The position numbers and the translations under genes are program-made. Shown piece after piece: positions 22,343-30,533 of a stretch of DNA of 64,000 bases. The DNA is from Mycolicibacterium bacteremicum (GTDB taxonomy: Bacteria; Actinomycetota; Actinomycetes; Mycobacteriales; Mycobacteriaceae). Location of the stretch: positions 8,787 to 72,786 of the forward strand of contig NZ_CALUAE010000021.1 in the NCBI RefSeq assembly GCF_943913955.1, written 5' to 3'. The notes under the pieces are model-generated. The model was not told where the DNA came from, made no database searches, and worked only from the letters and a program-made list of their open reading frames with translations. Within the stretch, counting starts at the first letter, position 1. Every line of letters begins with the position of its first letter.

Positions 22343-22728
22343 GACTTCTTCGTCCTGTCCTCAGGGTTGTCGGATCTGGCGAGCTCGGCGAGATAGGCGT
22401 TGTACTCCCGCAGCGTCGGATCATCCTCGGCGCCCGCCGCGGCGGTGGGCCGCTCGGGCAGCAGACCGGCGGGGATCTCGGTGGCGCGGGCGGTGTCCGT
22501 CGGCTCGTCGTAGGTCGGCGGAGCTTCCTCCAGCCGGACGAACTTGTAGTAGGCGTAGACGCAGAACGCGGCGAACATCGGCCATTGCAGGGCGTAGCCC
22601 AGGTTCAAGAAGGTGCCCGAGTTCGATTCGTAGCGAGTCCACTGCCACCACGCCAGCAGCATGCAGCCGGTGGCGCCGACGGTGGCCAGCGCGATGAGCG
22701 CCGGTCTCCTACGTCGTGTAGTGGACAT
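22339..22728 (-). CDS. LprD-like conserved membrane/lipoprotein (Rv1343c-like)
   Basis: 129 aa. The N-terminus MSTTRRRRPALIAL..GC..WWQWTR closely resembles LprD. Shares a 4-nt overlap with the downstream DUF3817 gene. Confidence 0.6.
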   Translation of the reverse strand: MSTTRRRRPALIALATVGATGCMLLAWWQWTRYESNSGTFLNLGYALQWPMFAAFCVYAYYKFVRLEEAPPTYDEPTDTARATEIPAGLLPERPTAAAGAEDDPTLREYNAYLAELARSDNPEDRTKKS

Positions 22729-22753
22729 GGGTCAACTTTACCGCCCGCCGATT

Positions 22754-23482
22754 TCAGGCCTTGGGGCCGATGAACTCGTCGAGGCGGGCCGTGGCCGCCT
22801 TGCGGTAGATGGCGATCATGTAGCGACTGTTCCGGGTCCACGGGATGCCGAGCGCGTCGAGTGCGGCACAGAACAGATTGCGGATGTCGGTGGAGTGGTT
22901 GGTGAAGTGGTAGCGGACGCTCGCAACACCCCGATCGTTGGCGACGACCCGGCAGCCGTCGCTGTGGATGAGGCCGCGGACGAAGTCTTCGGTGGCCGCG
23001 TCGACGTGGGCCTGCTGCCAGGGTTCCAGCACGATGGGGCGGAGGTGTTTGCGGCCTGAACCGTGTTGAGGGAACAGGCACGGCCAGTGCTTCGAGTAGA
23101 GCCCGACGACGACGTAATTCGCTTTCTGCTGCTGCACGTGAGCGTGCTGCCCTTCCATCACGACGTCGATTGCCTGTCGGCAGCTCTCGATGATGCCCAG
23201 GTATTTGGTGTCGAGGGCAATACGGAGTCGCCAGACCCGGCCCATCCGGGAGAGGCAGCCGTCGCCGAGATAGAGGCCGAAAAGGTAGGCGTAGTCGGCT
23301 GACGGCAGTGTCGAGTAGTCGTGCGATCGGCAGTCGAGTGGGCGGGTCAGGCGTTGCGGAGGTCGGTTACGCCACTCCAGCACGGTCGTCCGCGGTACGC
23401 CGGTGGCACGCGATATCGCGCAGTCATTGAGGCCGGCAGCGATGAGCCGGTGAACCACCTCGAAGTCATCGACCGAGCGCAT
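22754..23482 (-). CDS. HTH-containing double-motif LAGLIDADG-like homing-endonuclease-family protein
   Basis: 242 aa. Two dodecapeptide-like motifs, YLFGLYLGDGCL and FVRGLIHSDGCR, are spaced ~100 aa apart, as in single-chain LAGLIDADG enzymes. The N-terminal 40 aa look like an HTH (AISRATGVPRTTVLEWR). Confidence 0.55.
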   Translation of the reverse strand: MRSVDDFEVVHRLIAAGLNDCAISRATGVPRTTVLEWRNRPPQRLTRPLDCRSHDYSTLPSADYAYLFGLYLGDGCLSRMGRVWRLRIALDTKYLGIIESCRQAIDVVMEGQHAHVQQQKANYVVVGLYSKHWPCLFPQHGSGRKHLRPIVLEPWQQAHVDAATEDFVRGLIHSDGCRVVANDRGVASVRYHFTNHSTDIRNLFCAALDALGIPWTRNSRYMIAIYRKAATARLDEFIGPKA

Positions 23483-23567
23483 GCACGCCTCCTACTGTCC
23501 GAGTTCGACAGTAAGAGGCCCCACCGACACGTTGGCCGAGCGAGGAGGCGCTATCCTGGACACGCTC

Positions 23568-23653
23568 GCGCGAGTGGCGAAATCAGGAATACGCGATGGC
23601 TTTAGGTGCCATTGTCTTCGGACGTGGGGGTTCGAGTCCCCCCTCGCGCACCA
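23568..23653 (+). tRNA. tRNA-Leu (anticodon TAG), type II with long variable arm
   Basis: Hand-folded: acceptor GCGCGAG/CTCGCGC, D-arm GCG-AAATCAGGAATA-CGC, anticodon stem ATGGC/GCCAT with loop TTTAGGT (UAG), variable arm, T-arm GGGGG-TTCGAGT-CCCCC, discriminator A, encoded CCA. Near-identical in layout to E. coli tRNA-Leu(UAG). Confidence 0.85.
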
Positions 23654-23712
23654 CAACGTCTACTGCAGGCACCGCCAGACCGAACGCGAGTCCTGCCGGC
23701 CGAGGACTGCGG

Positions 23713-24545
23713 TCAGTCCGGCGGTGCGGCGGTGCGGAAGATCGGCCAGCAGATCTCCGTGGCCGTGAACGTCAGCGGTTCGGTGGGTGTGCTGCCGATG
23801 TAGTGCTCACGGATCGGACCCTGATGACTGATCAGACGTTCGTTCACGTACGTGCCCAGCGCCGCGTAACTGCGGTCGATGCTGTCGCCGTGGCCGCCGC
23901 GGTGAGTCAGGACGGCGTACTCGGCCGCGGGGAGAACCTCGGTGCGCACGCCCGCCGGCGGGGTGGCGGACGGTGGTGCCGCCACGAACAGCGTTGCCTC
24001 GCCCCGGCTTTCGAGAAAGAGTGCGCGGTCATAGAGGCCGCCGGGCACGATCGCGTGATCGGTGCCGACTGCCGCTGACACCGCGTCGCGCAGGGTTCCC
24101 AGCGCCGCGCCGAACCAGCCGTCGATCTCGGCCGTCTCGATGGTGGCGCCCACGGACCACACGGGAAGCGCCGGCTCGCGGCGTACCTCGACGTGCGCGG
24201 GATCGCCGACGGGGGAGAGCAGTTCGCGCAGCGCGCCGACGGTGTCCCGGGTCTGCTGCAACTGCACCTCCATCTGTGCGAGATGGGTTGTGATGATCTC
24301 GGTGCGCGCCGCGGCGTCCTGCGTGCTCAGCAAGGCCTTGATATCGGGGATCGACATGCCGAGGGTCCGGAACCGGCGGATGATGTGCGCGTGATCGACC
24401 TGGCTGGTGTCGTAGAAGCGGTAGCCGGTATGGGCATCGATGTGGGCCGGTTCGAGGATCCCGATGTCGTGGTAGTGCCGTAGCGCCTTTCGGCTCAGGC
24501 TCGTCATCACGGCGAAGTCACCGATCGAGACCTTCGCGCCCATGG
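23713..24545 (-). CDS. MerR-family transcriptional regulator with C-terminal GyrI-like effector-binding domain
   Basis: The N-terminal HTH IGDFAVMTSLSRKALRHYHDIGIL is MerR-type. Start assigned to the second ATG (24545), which has a GAGGAGG Shine-Dalgarno 5 nt upstream. Confidence 0.7.
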
Positions 24546-24567
24546 CGTCCTCCTCTGTGATCCGCAC

Positions 24568-24691
24568 CCGTGTCAGCGGTCAGGCCATCCTGCAGCTTCC
24601 CCCTGGGGGAAGGTCAAGACAGCGGGCATCCGGGAAAAAGGTCGGCACGACGGCTTGACCCTCCCCCTACGGGAAGCTCCACGGTGGTCTC
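24568..24691. promoter_or_regulatory. divergent MerR-type promoter/operator region: two TTGACC -35-like boxes, each followed by a C/G-rich dyad in a 19-bp spacer
   Basis: The top strand has cTTGACC-ctccccctacgggaagctc-cacggt ending 6 nt before ATG 24692. The bottom strand has cTTGACC-ttcccccagggggaagctg-caggat, which includes the perfect palindrome CTTCCCCC-T-GGGGGAAG. Confidence 0.5.
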
Positions 24692-25030
24692 ATGACAACA
24701 GATTGGGATGCACTCCCGGACAACATCAAGACGTTCATGACCGCAGTCGACCGCCGCGATACCGACCGAGCGCTGGGCACGCTCACCCCGGATGCCGTGG
24801 TCACCGACGAGGGCCACGACCACACGGGCCATGGCGACATCGGTACCTGGATCGCGACCGCGGCCAGCGAGTACACCTACACCACCGAGATCACCGGGGC
24901 GACCACCACCGACACCACCTTCGACGTCGCACAGCACCTCGAAGGTGACTTCCCCGGTGGGGTCGCCGACCTGCACTACCGGTTCACCCTCGACGGTGCG
25001 TTGATCAGCCGGGTGGTGATCGAGCCATGA
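24692..25030 (+). CDS. NTF2-like / SnoaL-like small protein
   Basis: 112 aa of acidic small alpha+beta cone-fold type. Divergent from the MerR gene and overlaps the downstream SDR by 4 nt. Confidence 0.5.
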   Translation: MTTDWDALPDNIKTFMTAVDRRDTDRALGTLTPDAVVTDEGHDHTGHGDIGTWIATAASEYTYTTEITGATTTDTTFDVAQHLEGDFPGGVADLHYRFTLDGALISRVVIEP

Positions 25031-25866
25031 GCAGGCGCTGGTTCATCACCGGTGGCACCCCCGGCAACTTCGGGATCGCGTTCGCCGAGGCGGCGCTGGA
25101 AACGGGGGACCGCGTCGCGCTCACGTCCCGGCGTCCGGAGGAACTGGCGTCCTGGGCGCGGGAGGCTGGCGACCGCGCGCTCGTCGTGCCGATGGACGTC
25201 ACCGATGCAGATCAGGTGCAGCGCGCGGTACGAACAGCCGAGGAGCACTTCGGCGGTATCGACGTGTTGGTCAACAACGCCGGCCGCGGATGGTTCGGGT
25301 CGATCGAGGCGATGGACGAGGCCTCGTTGCGGGCGATGTTCGAGTTGAACTTCTTCGGGGTGCTGTCGGTGACGCGGGCGGTGCTGCCGGGCATGCGTGC
25401 CCGCGGGGACGGGTGGATCGTCAACGTGTCGTCGGTGGCGGGTCTGGTCGCGGCGCCGGGCTTCGGCTACTACAGCGCGACGAAATTCGCCGTCGAGGCC
25501 GCCACCGACGCCCTGCGCGACGAGGTTGCCGCACAGGGCATCTCGGTGCTGACCGTCGAACCGGGAGCGTTTCGCACCAATGCCTATACCGGATTCGCGG
25601 ACGAGCCGGTCGCCGAGCCGATCCCGGAGTATCACGACATGCTGACCGAGGTCCGCGCCGCGTTCGTGGCGATGGACGGCGTGCAGCCCGGTGATCCGCA
25701 CCGCGGTGCGCGTGCGGTGATCGCGGCGATGGCCCAGGACCCGCCGCCCCGCCGGCTGGTTCTCGGCGCCGGCGGCTACGAGGCCGTGGTGGATTCGCTG
25801 GAGCAGACGCTGGCCGAGATCCGTCGCAACGAAAGACTCTCGCGCAGTGCGGATTTCCCGATCTGA
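25027..25866 (+). CDS. SDR-family oxidoreductase
   Basis: FITGGTPGNFGIA is the Rossmann TGxxxGxG motif, and YSATKFAVEA is the YxxxK catalytic motif. Confidence 0.8.
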   Translation: MSRRWFITGGTPGNFGIAFAEAALETGDRVALTSRRPEELASWAREAGDRALVVPMDVTDADQVQRAVRTAEEHFGGIDVLVNNAGRGWFGSIEAMDEASLRAMFELNFFGVLSVTRAVLPGMRARGDGWIVNVSSVAGLVAAPGFGYYSATKFAVEAATDALRDEVAAQGISVLTVEPGAFRTNAYTGFADEPVAEPIPEYHDMLTEVRAAFVAMDGVQPGDPHRGARAVIAAMAQDPPPRRLVLGAGGYEAVVDSLEQTLAEIRRNERLSRSADFPI

Positions 25867-25939
25867 GCGATATCCGACGGAGCAGTCGTGCGGGTGACGC
25901 AGCAGTCTGCTGCGTCACCCGTCCGCGATATCAGACCCG

Positions 25940-28282
25940 TCAGCCCGCGGCACCGCCGGCGAGTTCGGCGGTGGTGAGATCGAAGGACCCCACCTGCCAG
26001 GCCTTCATGAACTGGTCCAGCGGCACGGCCAGGCCCTGCCCCTGCCGCGGTGCGCTGTCGTTGATGTAGACGACACCCTTGGTCATGTTGACGCTGAGCA
26101 CGGTGACGGCGTGGTTGGCCGTGTCGGCGCTGCCCCGGTACCACGCATAGTCCTCGCCGAAGTACTGCTTGTTCCACGCGTCGTAGACCAGCTTGTTGTT
26201 CAGGGCGACGATCACCGACTGTCCCTGACTCAGCGCAGCGGTCATGTTGTCCAGTGCCAGTGATCCCTCGGTCTTGAGGTATGTGGTGTGGTCGGCGTTG
26301 ATACCGAACTTGTTCAGCAGCGTGACGACGTCGGCCAGGTACGTGCCGCCGAGACCTTCGGTGTACATCGATTGGCCGACCTTGATACCGCTGGGCAACG
26401 TCTCGGCCAGTGTCTGGACTTCGCGTGCCAGTGCCACCATGTCGACCGGCATTCCGTTACCGGTCAGTTGCGCGATGACCGCGGCGGTGGACATGAGGGC
26501 GCAGGTGCCGAAGTTGCCCTGGTACTTCCAGTACTGGTAGTTGGCGAGGTAATTGCCATACTCGATGTCACCGATTGCCGGCGGATCGATCGGCTCCGGT
26601 TGGGCCACACCGAATGTGCGGGACAGATCGCCGCCGAGATCGGTGATGTTCTCGGAGAGGACCTGGACCTGGTGCACGAATGCCGCGGCGATGCCCGATG
26701 CGACATGGTGGACCGACGGCAACTTCCACACCCACTTGGACTTGGAGTCCGCCGGCGCCACATTCGGTGAACTGGCCAACTGGGTGGTGACCAGCTGGTA
26801 GTTCTGTGCCGCCCAGGCATTCATGAAGTCGTCGTAGCCCATGGTCAACCCTTGACCGTCGGCGCGGGTCGGGTCGTTGATGGTGACGGTGCCGTCCACG
26901 TTGTCGACGCCGATGACGACGACCGTCTTGGCAATGGGGTCGGTGCGGCCGTCCGCCGGCCCGACGATCGGCACGATCATGGCCTTCGTCGGATCCTGTA
27001 GGCCATTGGTCAGATCGTTGAACGCCTTGCTCCACTGGTCTCGGCCATAGCTGCGCAGGATGATACGAACGTCCCTGTCCTGCAGTACTTCGTAGCTGTC
27101 CTGCCAGTACACGATGCGGGTGTCCGGACCGAGAACCTTGCTGCCGAGCGTGATGATGCTGTCGGTGTTCGCCGCGGCATCGAGGAAGCTCTGCAGGTCG
27201 ACGACGGTCTTGGTCAGCTGCCCGTAGGCCATGGCGACGGTGGCCAGCGCGCCGGTGATGAAGTCGTCGGCGGCGGTGAAGTACTGCACATTCGTGTTCG
27301 GGTCACCGAACGGCAGGGCCCTGGTGATCACCTGCTGGGTGAATCCGAGAATGCCGCGCACATCATCGCGCAGCATGGTCAGGCTGCGTTGCAGCCCGTA
27401 GAGCTGGTTCATCACGGTGACGTACAGGCCGGCGCCGAAATCCTGCAGTCCGCGCAGCAATTGGCTGGGGGTGGGCAGCCCGAAGGGGTTGCGGGCCGCG
27501 GTCGCCACGGCGGTGGGAACCACCGCCGGGGACAGGGCCGTGGTGTGGCCGGCCGGCGCGGTGGTGGTCATGGTCGAGCTGCCGGCGTTTCCGGTCGTCG
27601 CACCGGTGGAACCGGTGGTGCCCAGCGAGGTGCCCGAGATCGCGGGTGCCGCAGGCGAAGTACCACGGATCGGTGTCGTGACATCGATCGCAGGAGCGGA
27701 GTCGGCCGCCGACGGCTGCGGTGCGCCGCCCGAGGTGGAGGTGCCCGATGCCGGGAAGGTGTCCGCACCGCCAGATGCGCCGGGGTCGCTTTCACCGTCT
27801 TCCTCGATCGTCGGCGACGCGACCTCGGTGTGGATCTCGCCGGTGGACGTCTCGACATCGCCGCCCGAGCCCGCGTCACCGGTCGACTCCTCGTGGGCTG
27901 CGTCGAGAACCTCGTCGATATCGCTCGACCCGTCCGACGAGGACGAATCCCGCCCGATCGCGGTCGAATCGTCATCGTCGGAGTCTTCCGCTGGGGTGAG
28001 AGCACCTGCGCGCGGCGGGCGGGGTCCGGCGGTGTCATCGCGGGAAGCGGCGCCGGCGGCCGATCCCGTGTCGGACGAGGACGCATCGGAGCTGTCGCTG
28101 GAACCGGCGCTCGCGGAGCCGGACTCGCCCGGGTCGGCGGCCGCTATCGCGGCACCGCCGAGCATGGCGGCTCCCATGCCAAGGGTCACCGCGCCCGCTC
28201 CGAGCCATAGGCGTGCCTGCGCGGCGCGCCCCTCGCCTGCGTCGCACGAGGACTGACCCGTACCCGTCCGGTCCACCGCCAT
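25940..28282 (-). CDS. secreted/membrane-anchored protein with acidic S/D/G/T-rich linker and tandem papain-like (C39-like) domains
   Basis: Start assigned to ATG 28282 (GGGGAG 7 nt upstream); the track ORF extends to 28369. The N-terminal hydrophobic segment ARLWLGAGAVTLGMGAAMLGGAAIAAA is followed by ~250 aa of low complexity. The C-terminal domain has Cys (NFGTCALMS), His (ANHAVTVLSVN) and VYINDSA...FMKAWQ. An internal copy has the same fold signature (TVVVIGVDNVDGTVTINDP...FMNAWA) but lacks the Cys and His. Confidence 0.6.
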   Translation of the reverse strand: MAVDRTGTGQSSCDAGEGRAAQARLWLGAGAVTLGMGAAMLGGAAIAAADPGESGSASAGSSDSSDASSSDTGSAAGAASRDDTAGPRPPRAGALTPAEDSDDDDSTAIGRDSSSSDGSSDIDEVLDAAHEESTGDAGSGGDVETSTGEIHTEVASPTIEEDGESDPGASGGADTFPASGTSTSGGAPQPSAADSAPAIDVTTPIRGTSPAAPAISGTSLGTTGSTGATTGNAGSSTMTTTAPAGHTTALSPAVVPTAVATAARNPFGLPTPSQLLRGLQDFGAGLYVTVMNQLYGLQRSLTMLRDDVRGILGFTQQVITRALPFGDPNTNVQYFTAADDFITGALATVAMAYGQLTKTVVDLQSFLDAAANTDSIITLGSKVLGPDTRIVYWQDSYEVLQDRDVRIILRSYGRDQWSKAFNDLTNGLQDPTKAMIVPIVGPADGRTDPIAKTVVVIGVDNVDGTVTINDPTRADGQGLTMGYDDFMNAWAAQNYQLVTTQLASSPNVAPADSKSKWVWKLPSVHHVASGIAAAFVHQVQVLSENITDLGGDLSRTFGVAQPEPIDPPAIGDIEYGNYLANYQYWKYQGNFGTCALMSTAAVIAQLTGNGMPVDMVALAREVQTLAETLPSGIKVGQSMYTEGLGGTYLADVVTLLNKFGINADHTTYLKTEGSLALDNMTAALSQGQSVIVALNNKLVYDAWNKQYFGEDYAWYRGSADTANHAVTVLSVNMTKGVVYINDSAPRQGQGLAVPLDQFMKAWQVGSFDLTTAELAGGAAG

Positions 28283-28679
28283 TGATTGCTCCCCATCATT
28301 GATTGACGCCCACGTAAAATATGTTGGCGAGCAGAGAATACGCAGGCGCGCAGTAAAACCGCAGCTCAATTGCTAAATGTTGATAGCCCCCGCAGTGCAG
28401 CAAATTTTCAAAAGTCAAATTTTGCATTCACTACGTGCGTTTGCCGTACAGGCCGAGGTCGCTGGCTACATCGCGGCGACCGGGGTCAGGCTCGCCGGCA
28501 CGAGCCCACGGGGCGCGGATGCTCGGCGCGACCCGTGCCGTGGCAGCGGGTGTGGAGGGTGCCCAGATCTCCTGCGCGCCAGATGCTGTCAGGTAGCTGA
28601 AATCGCCCCATCGTTGCGCCGTCGGTGTACCCGCTGTGTCATAGTCGTCCGGGCGTTTTGCCCTGACGAAGGAGTCCGC
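28283..28679. promoter_or_regulatory. unusually AT-rich ~400-bp divergent intergenic region with short direct repeats (CATTGATTG x2; CAAATTTT x2)
   Basis: 28270-28450 is visibly AT-rich against a ~68% GC background. ccATTGATTGctcccc and atCATTGATTGacgcc are present, and so is gcaGCAAATTTTCAAAAGTCAAATTTTGCAttc. The downstream amt start carries a GAAGGAG Shine-Dalgarno. Confidence 0.45.
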
Positions 28680-29936
28680 GTGCAGATCGACCCCGCCGCC
28701 ACCGCCTGGTTGCTCGTCAGCACCGCCATGGTGCTGCTGATGACGCCCGGGCTGGCCATCTTCTACGGCGGCATGGTCCGCTCCACCGGTGTGCTCAACA
28801 TGATCATGATGAGCTTCATCGCGATCCCGGTCGTCACCGTGACCTGGATCCTGGCCGGCTACAGCCTGGCCTTCGGGGCCGATGCCGGCGGCGGACTGAT
28901 CGGCGGGCTCGACCACATCGGCCTGTCCGGCATCGACCTGACCGCGGTGCGCTCCAATGTCCCCGAGCTGCTGTTCGTCACCTTCCAACTGGCCTTCGCC
29001 ATCCTGACCGCGGCACTGGTCAGCGGGGCGATCGCCGACCGGGCCAAGTTCTCTGCCTGGGTGGTGTTCGTCGCGCTCTGGACGCTGACCGTGTATTCGC
29101 CGGTGGCGCACTGGGTCTGGGGCCCCGGCGGCTGGCTGGCGAGCTTCGGCGCGCTCGACTACGCGGGCGGTCTGGTGGTCGAGATCGTCTCGGGTGCATC
29201 AGCATTGGCGCTCGCCCTGGTACTCGGTCCGCGCATCGGATTCAAATCCGAGGCGATGCGTCCGCACAATCTGCCCTTCGTCCTGCTGGGCGTCGGACTG
29301 CTGTGGTTCGGCTGGTTCGGTTTCAACGCGGGCTCGGCGTTCGCCGTGGACGGCAAGGCCGCGGTCATCTTCCTCAACACGCTGATCGCGGGATGCCTGG
29401 GCATGCTCGGCTGGCTGGCGGTCGAGCGGTTCCGCGACGGTCACCCGACCACCTTCGGTGCGGCCTCCGGTGTCGTCGCGGGTCTGGTGGCGATCACCCC
29501 GTCCTGTGGTTTCGTCACGCCCGTCGGCGCCGTCGTGGTGGGCCTGGCCGCCGGCGTGGTGTGTTCCTATGCCATCGGCTGGAAGTTCACGGCCGGATAC
29601 GACGATTCCCTGGATGTGGTCGGCGTGCACTTCGTCGGGGGAGTGGTCGGCACCTTCCTGATCGGCCTGCTGGCCGCGGAGATGGTGTCCGGCGGCCCCG
29701 CGGGCCTGTTCTACGGCGGCGGCCTGACCCAACTCGGCAAGCAGATGCTGGGCATCATCGTGGTGGCGGCGTTCGCGTTCACGGTGTCGTTCGTCATCGC
29801 GAAGGTGATCGACGCGACGATGGGCTTCCGGGTCACCCGGGAGGACGAACTGTCCGGTATCGACTTCACCCAGCACGCCGAAACGGCCTACGCCGAAGGG
29901 GTGCACGGCCAGCAGCACAAGCGGCCGGGTAGCTGA
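28680..29936 (+). CDS. amt: ammonium transporter Amt
   Basis: GTG at 28680 follows a GAAGGAG Shine-Dalgarno. Shows the Amt/MEP signature (LLMTPGLAIFYGGMVR, 11 TM). No glnK/glnB or glnD follows. Confidence 0.85.
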   Translation: MQIDPAATAWLLVSTAMVLLMTPGLAIFYGGMVRSTGVLNMIMMSFIAIPVVTVTWILAGYSLAFGADAGGGLIGGLDHIGLSGIDLTAVRSNVPELLFVTFQLAFAILTAALVSGAIADRAKFSAWVVFVALWTLTVYSPVAHWVWGPGGWLASFGALDYAGGLVVEIVSGASALALALVLGPRIGFKSEAMRPHNLPFVLLGVGLLWFGWFGFNAGSAFAVDGKAAVIFLNTLIAGCLGMLGWLAVERFRDGHPTTFGAASGVVAGLVAITPSCGFVTPVGAVVVGLAAGVVCSYAIGWKFTAGYDDSLDVVGVHFVGGVVGTFLIGLLAAEMVSGGPAGLFYGGGLTQLGKQMLGIIVVAAFAFTVSFVIAKVIDATMGFRVTREDELSGIDFTQHAETAYAEGVHGQQHKRPGS

Positions 29937-30533
29937 TCAGCGCGGACCGTCGACCGCGAAAGTCCCGTCGTCGTCGGTGAATTCGACGTACACCTGGCGG
30001 ATTGCCCCGTCGATCTCGACATCGCAGGTGAAGCTGTCACCCTGAGATGCCGAGGGATCCTTGCCGCCGTTGCACCGCATGGCACTGATCGTGTTGGCGC
30101 CGTATCCGTTGATCGGGTCCGACAGGATGGCCCGTACACCGGCCTCGGCCTGCTCGACCTTGATGACCGCACCCCGGTGGACGGCGAACTGCCACACGCC
30201 GACACCGATGACAGCGGCGGCGGCGACGACCACGGCAGCGATGACCAGGATGCGGCGGTTGGTCGATCCCGTGGTCTGCCGGTGCTGGCCGCCGGGCTGC
30301 TGTCCCGGACGCAGGGTGTAGCGATACGGATCCACCGTGGGCGGTGGCACTGACGGATACGGCGGTTGCTGTCGCCGCGGGTACGGCTGGGCCGGGCGCT
30401 GCTGTGGCGGCGGAACCGGCCGCGCCGGAGGTGGCGGGGGATGGCTGCCCGGTGCCGGCCCCGCCCCGCCCGGCCGGGCCCACCACGGTGGGGCCTGTCC
30501 CGGCGGCTGATTCGGGTTCGGCGGCCGGGTCAT
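29937..30533 (-). CDS. DUF4333 domain protein with proline-rich N-terminus and one TM helix
   Basis: 198 aa: Pro/Gln-rich ~100 aa, then TM ILVIAAVVVAAAAVIGVGVW, then a ~90-aa C-terminal domain with two Cys. Shares a 4-nt overlap with the upstream LpqM-like gene. Confidence 0.55.
   Translation of the reverse strand: MTRPPNPNQPPGQAPPWWARPGGAGPAPGSHPPPPPARPVPPPQQRPAQPYPRRQQPPYPSVPPPTVDPYRYTLRPGQQPGGQHRQTTGSTNRRILVIAAVVVAAAAVIGVGVWQFAVHRGAVIKVEQAEAGVRAILSDPINGYGANTISAMRCNGGKDPSASQGDSFTCDVEIDGAIRQVYVEFTDDDGTFAVDGPR

Noticed and set aside
27550-28200. Repetitive-looking DNA, possibly a CRISPR array or tandem repeat
   Set aside because: It is coding: it specifies the Ser/Asp/Gly/Thr-rich linker of the large secreted protein. 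There are no regularly spaced exact repeats.
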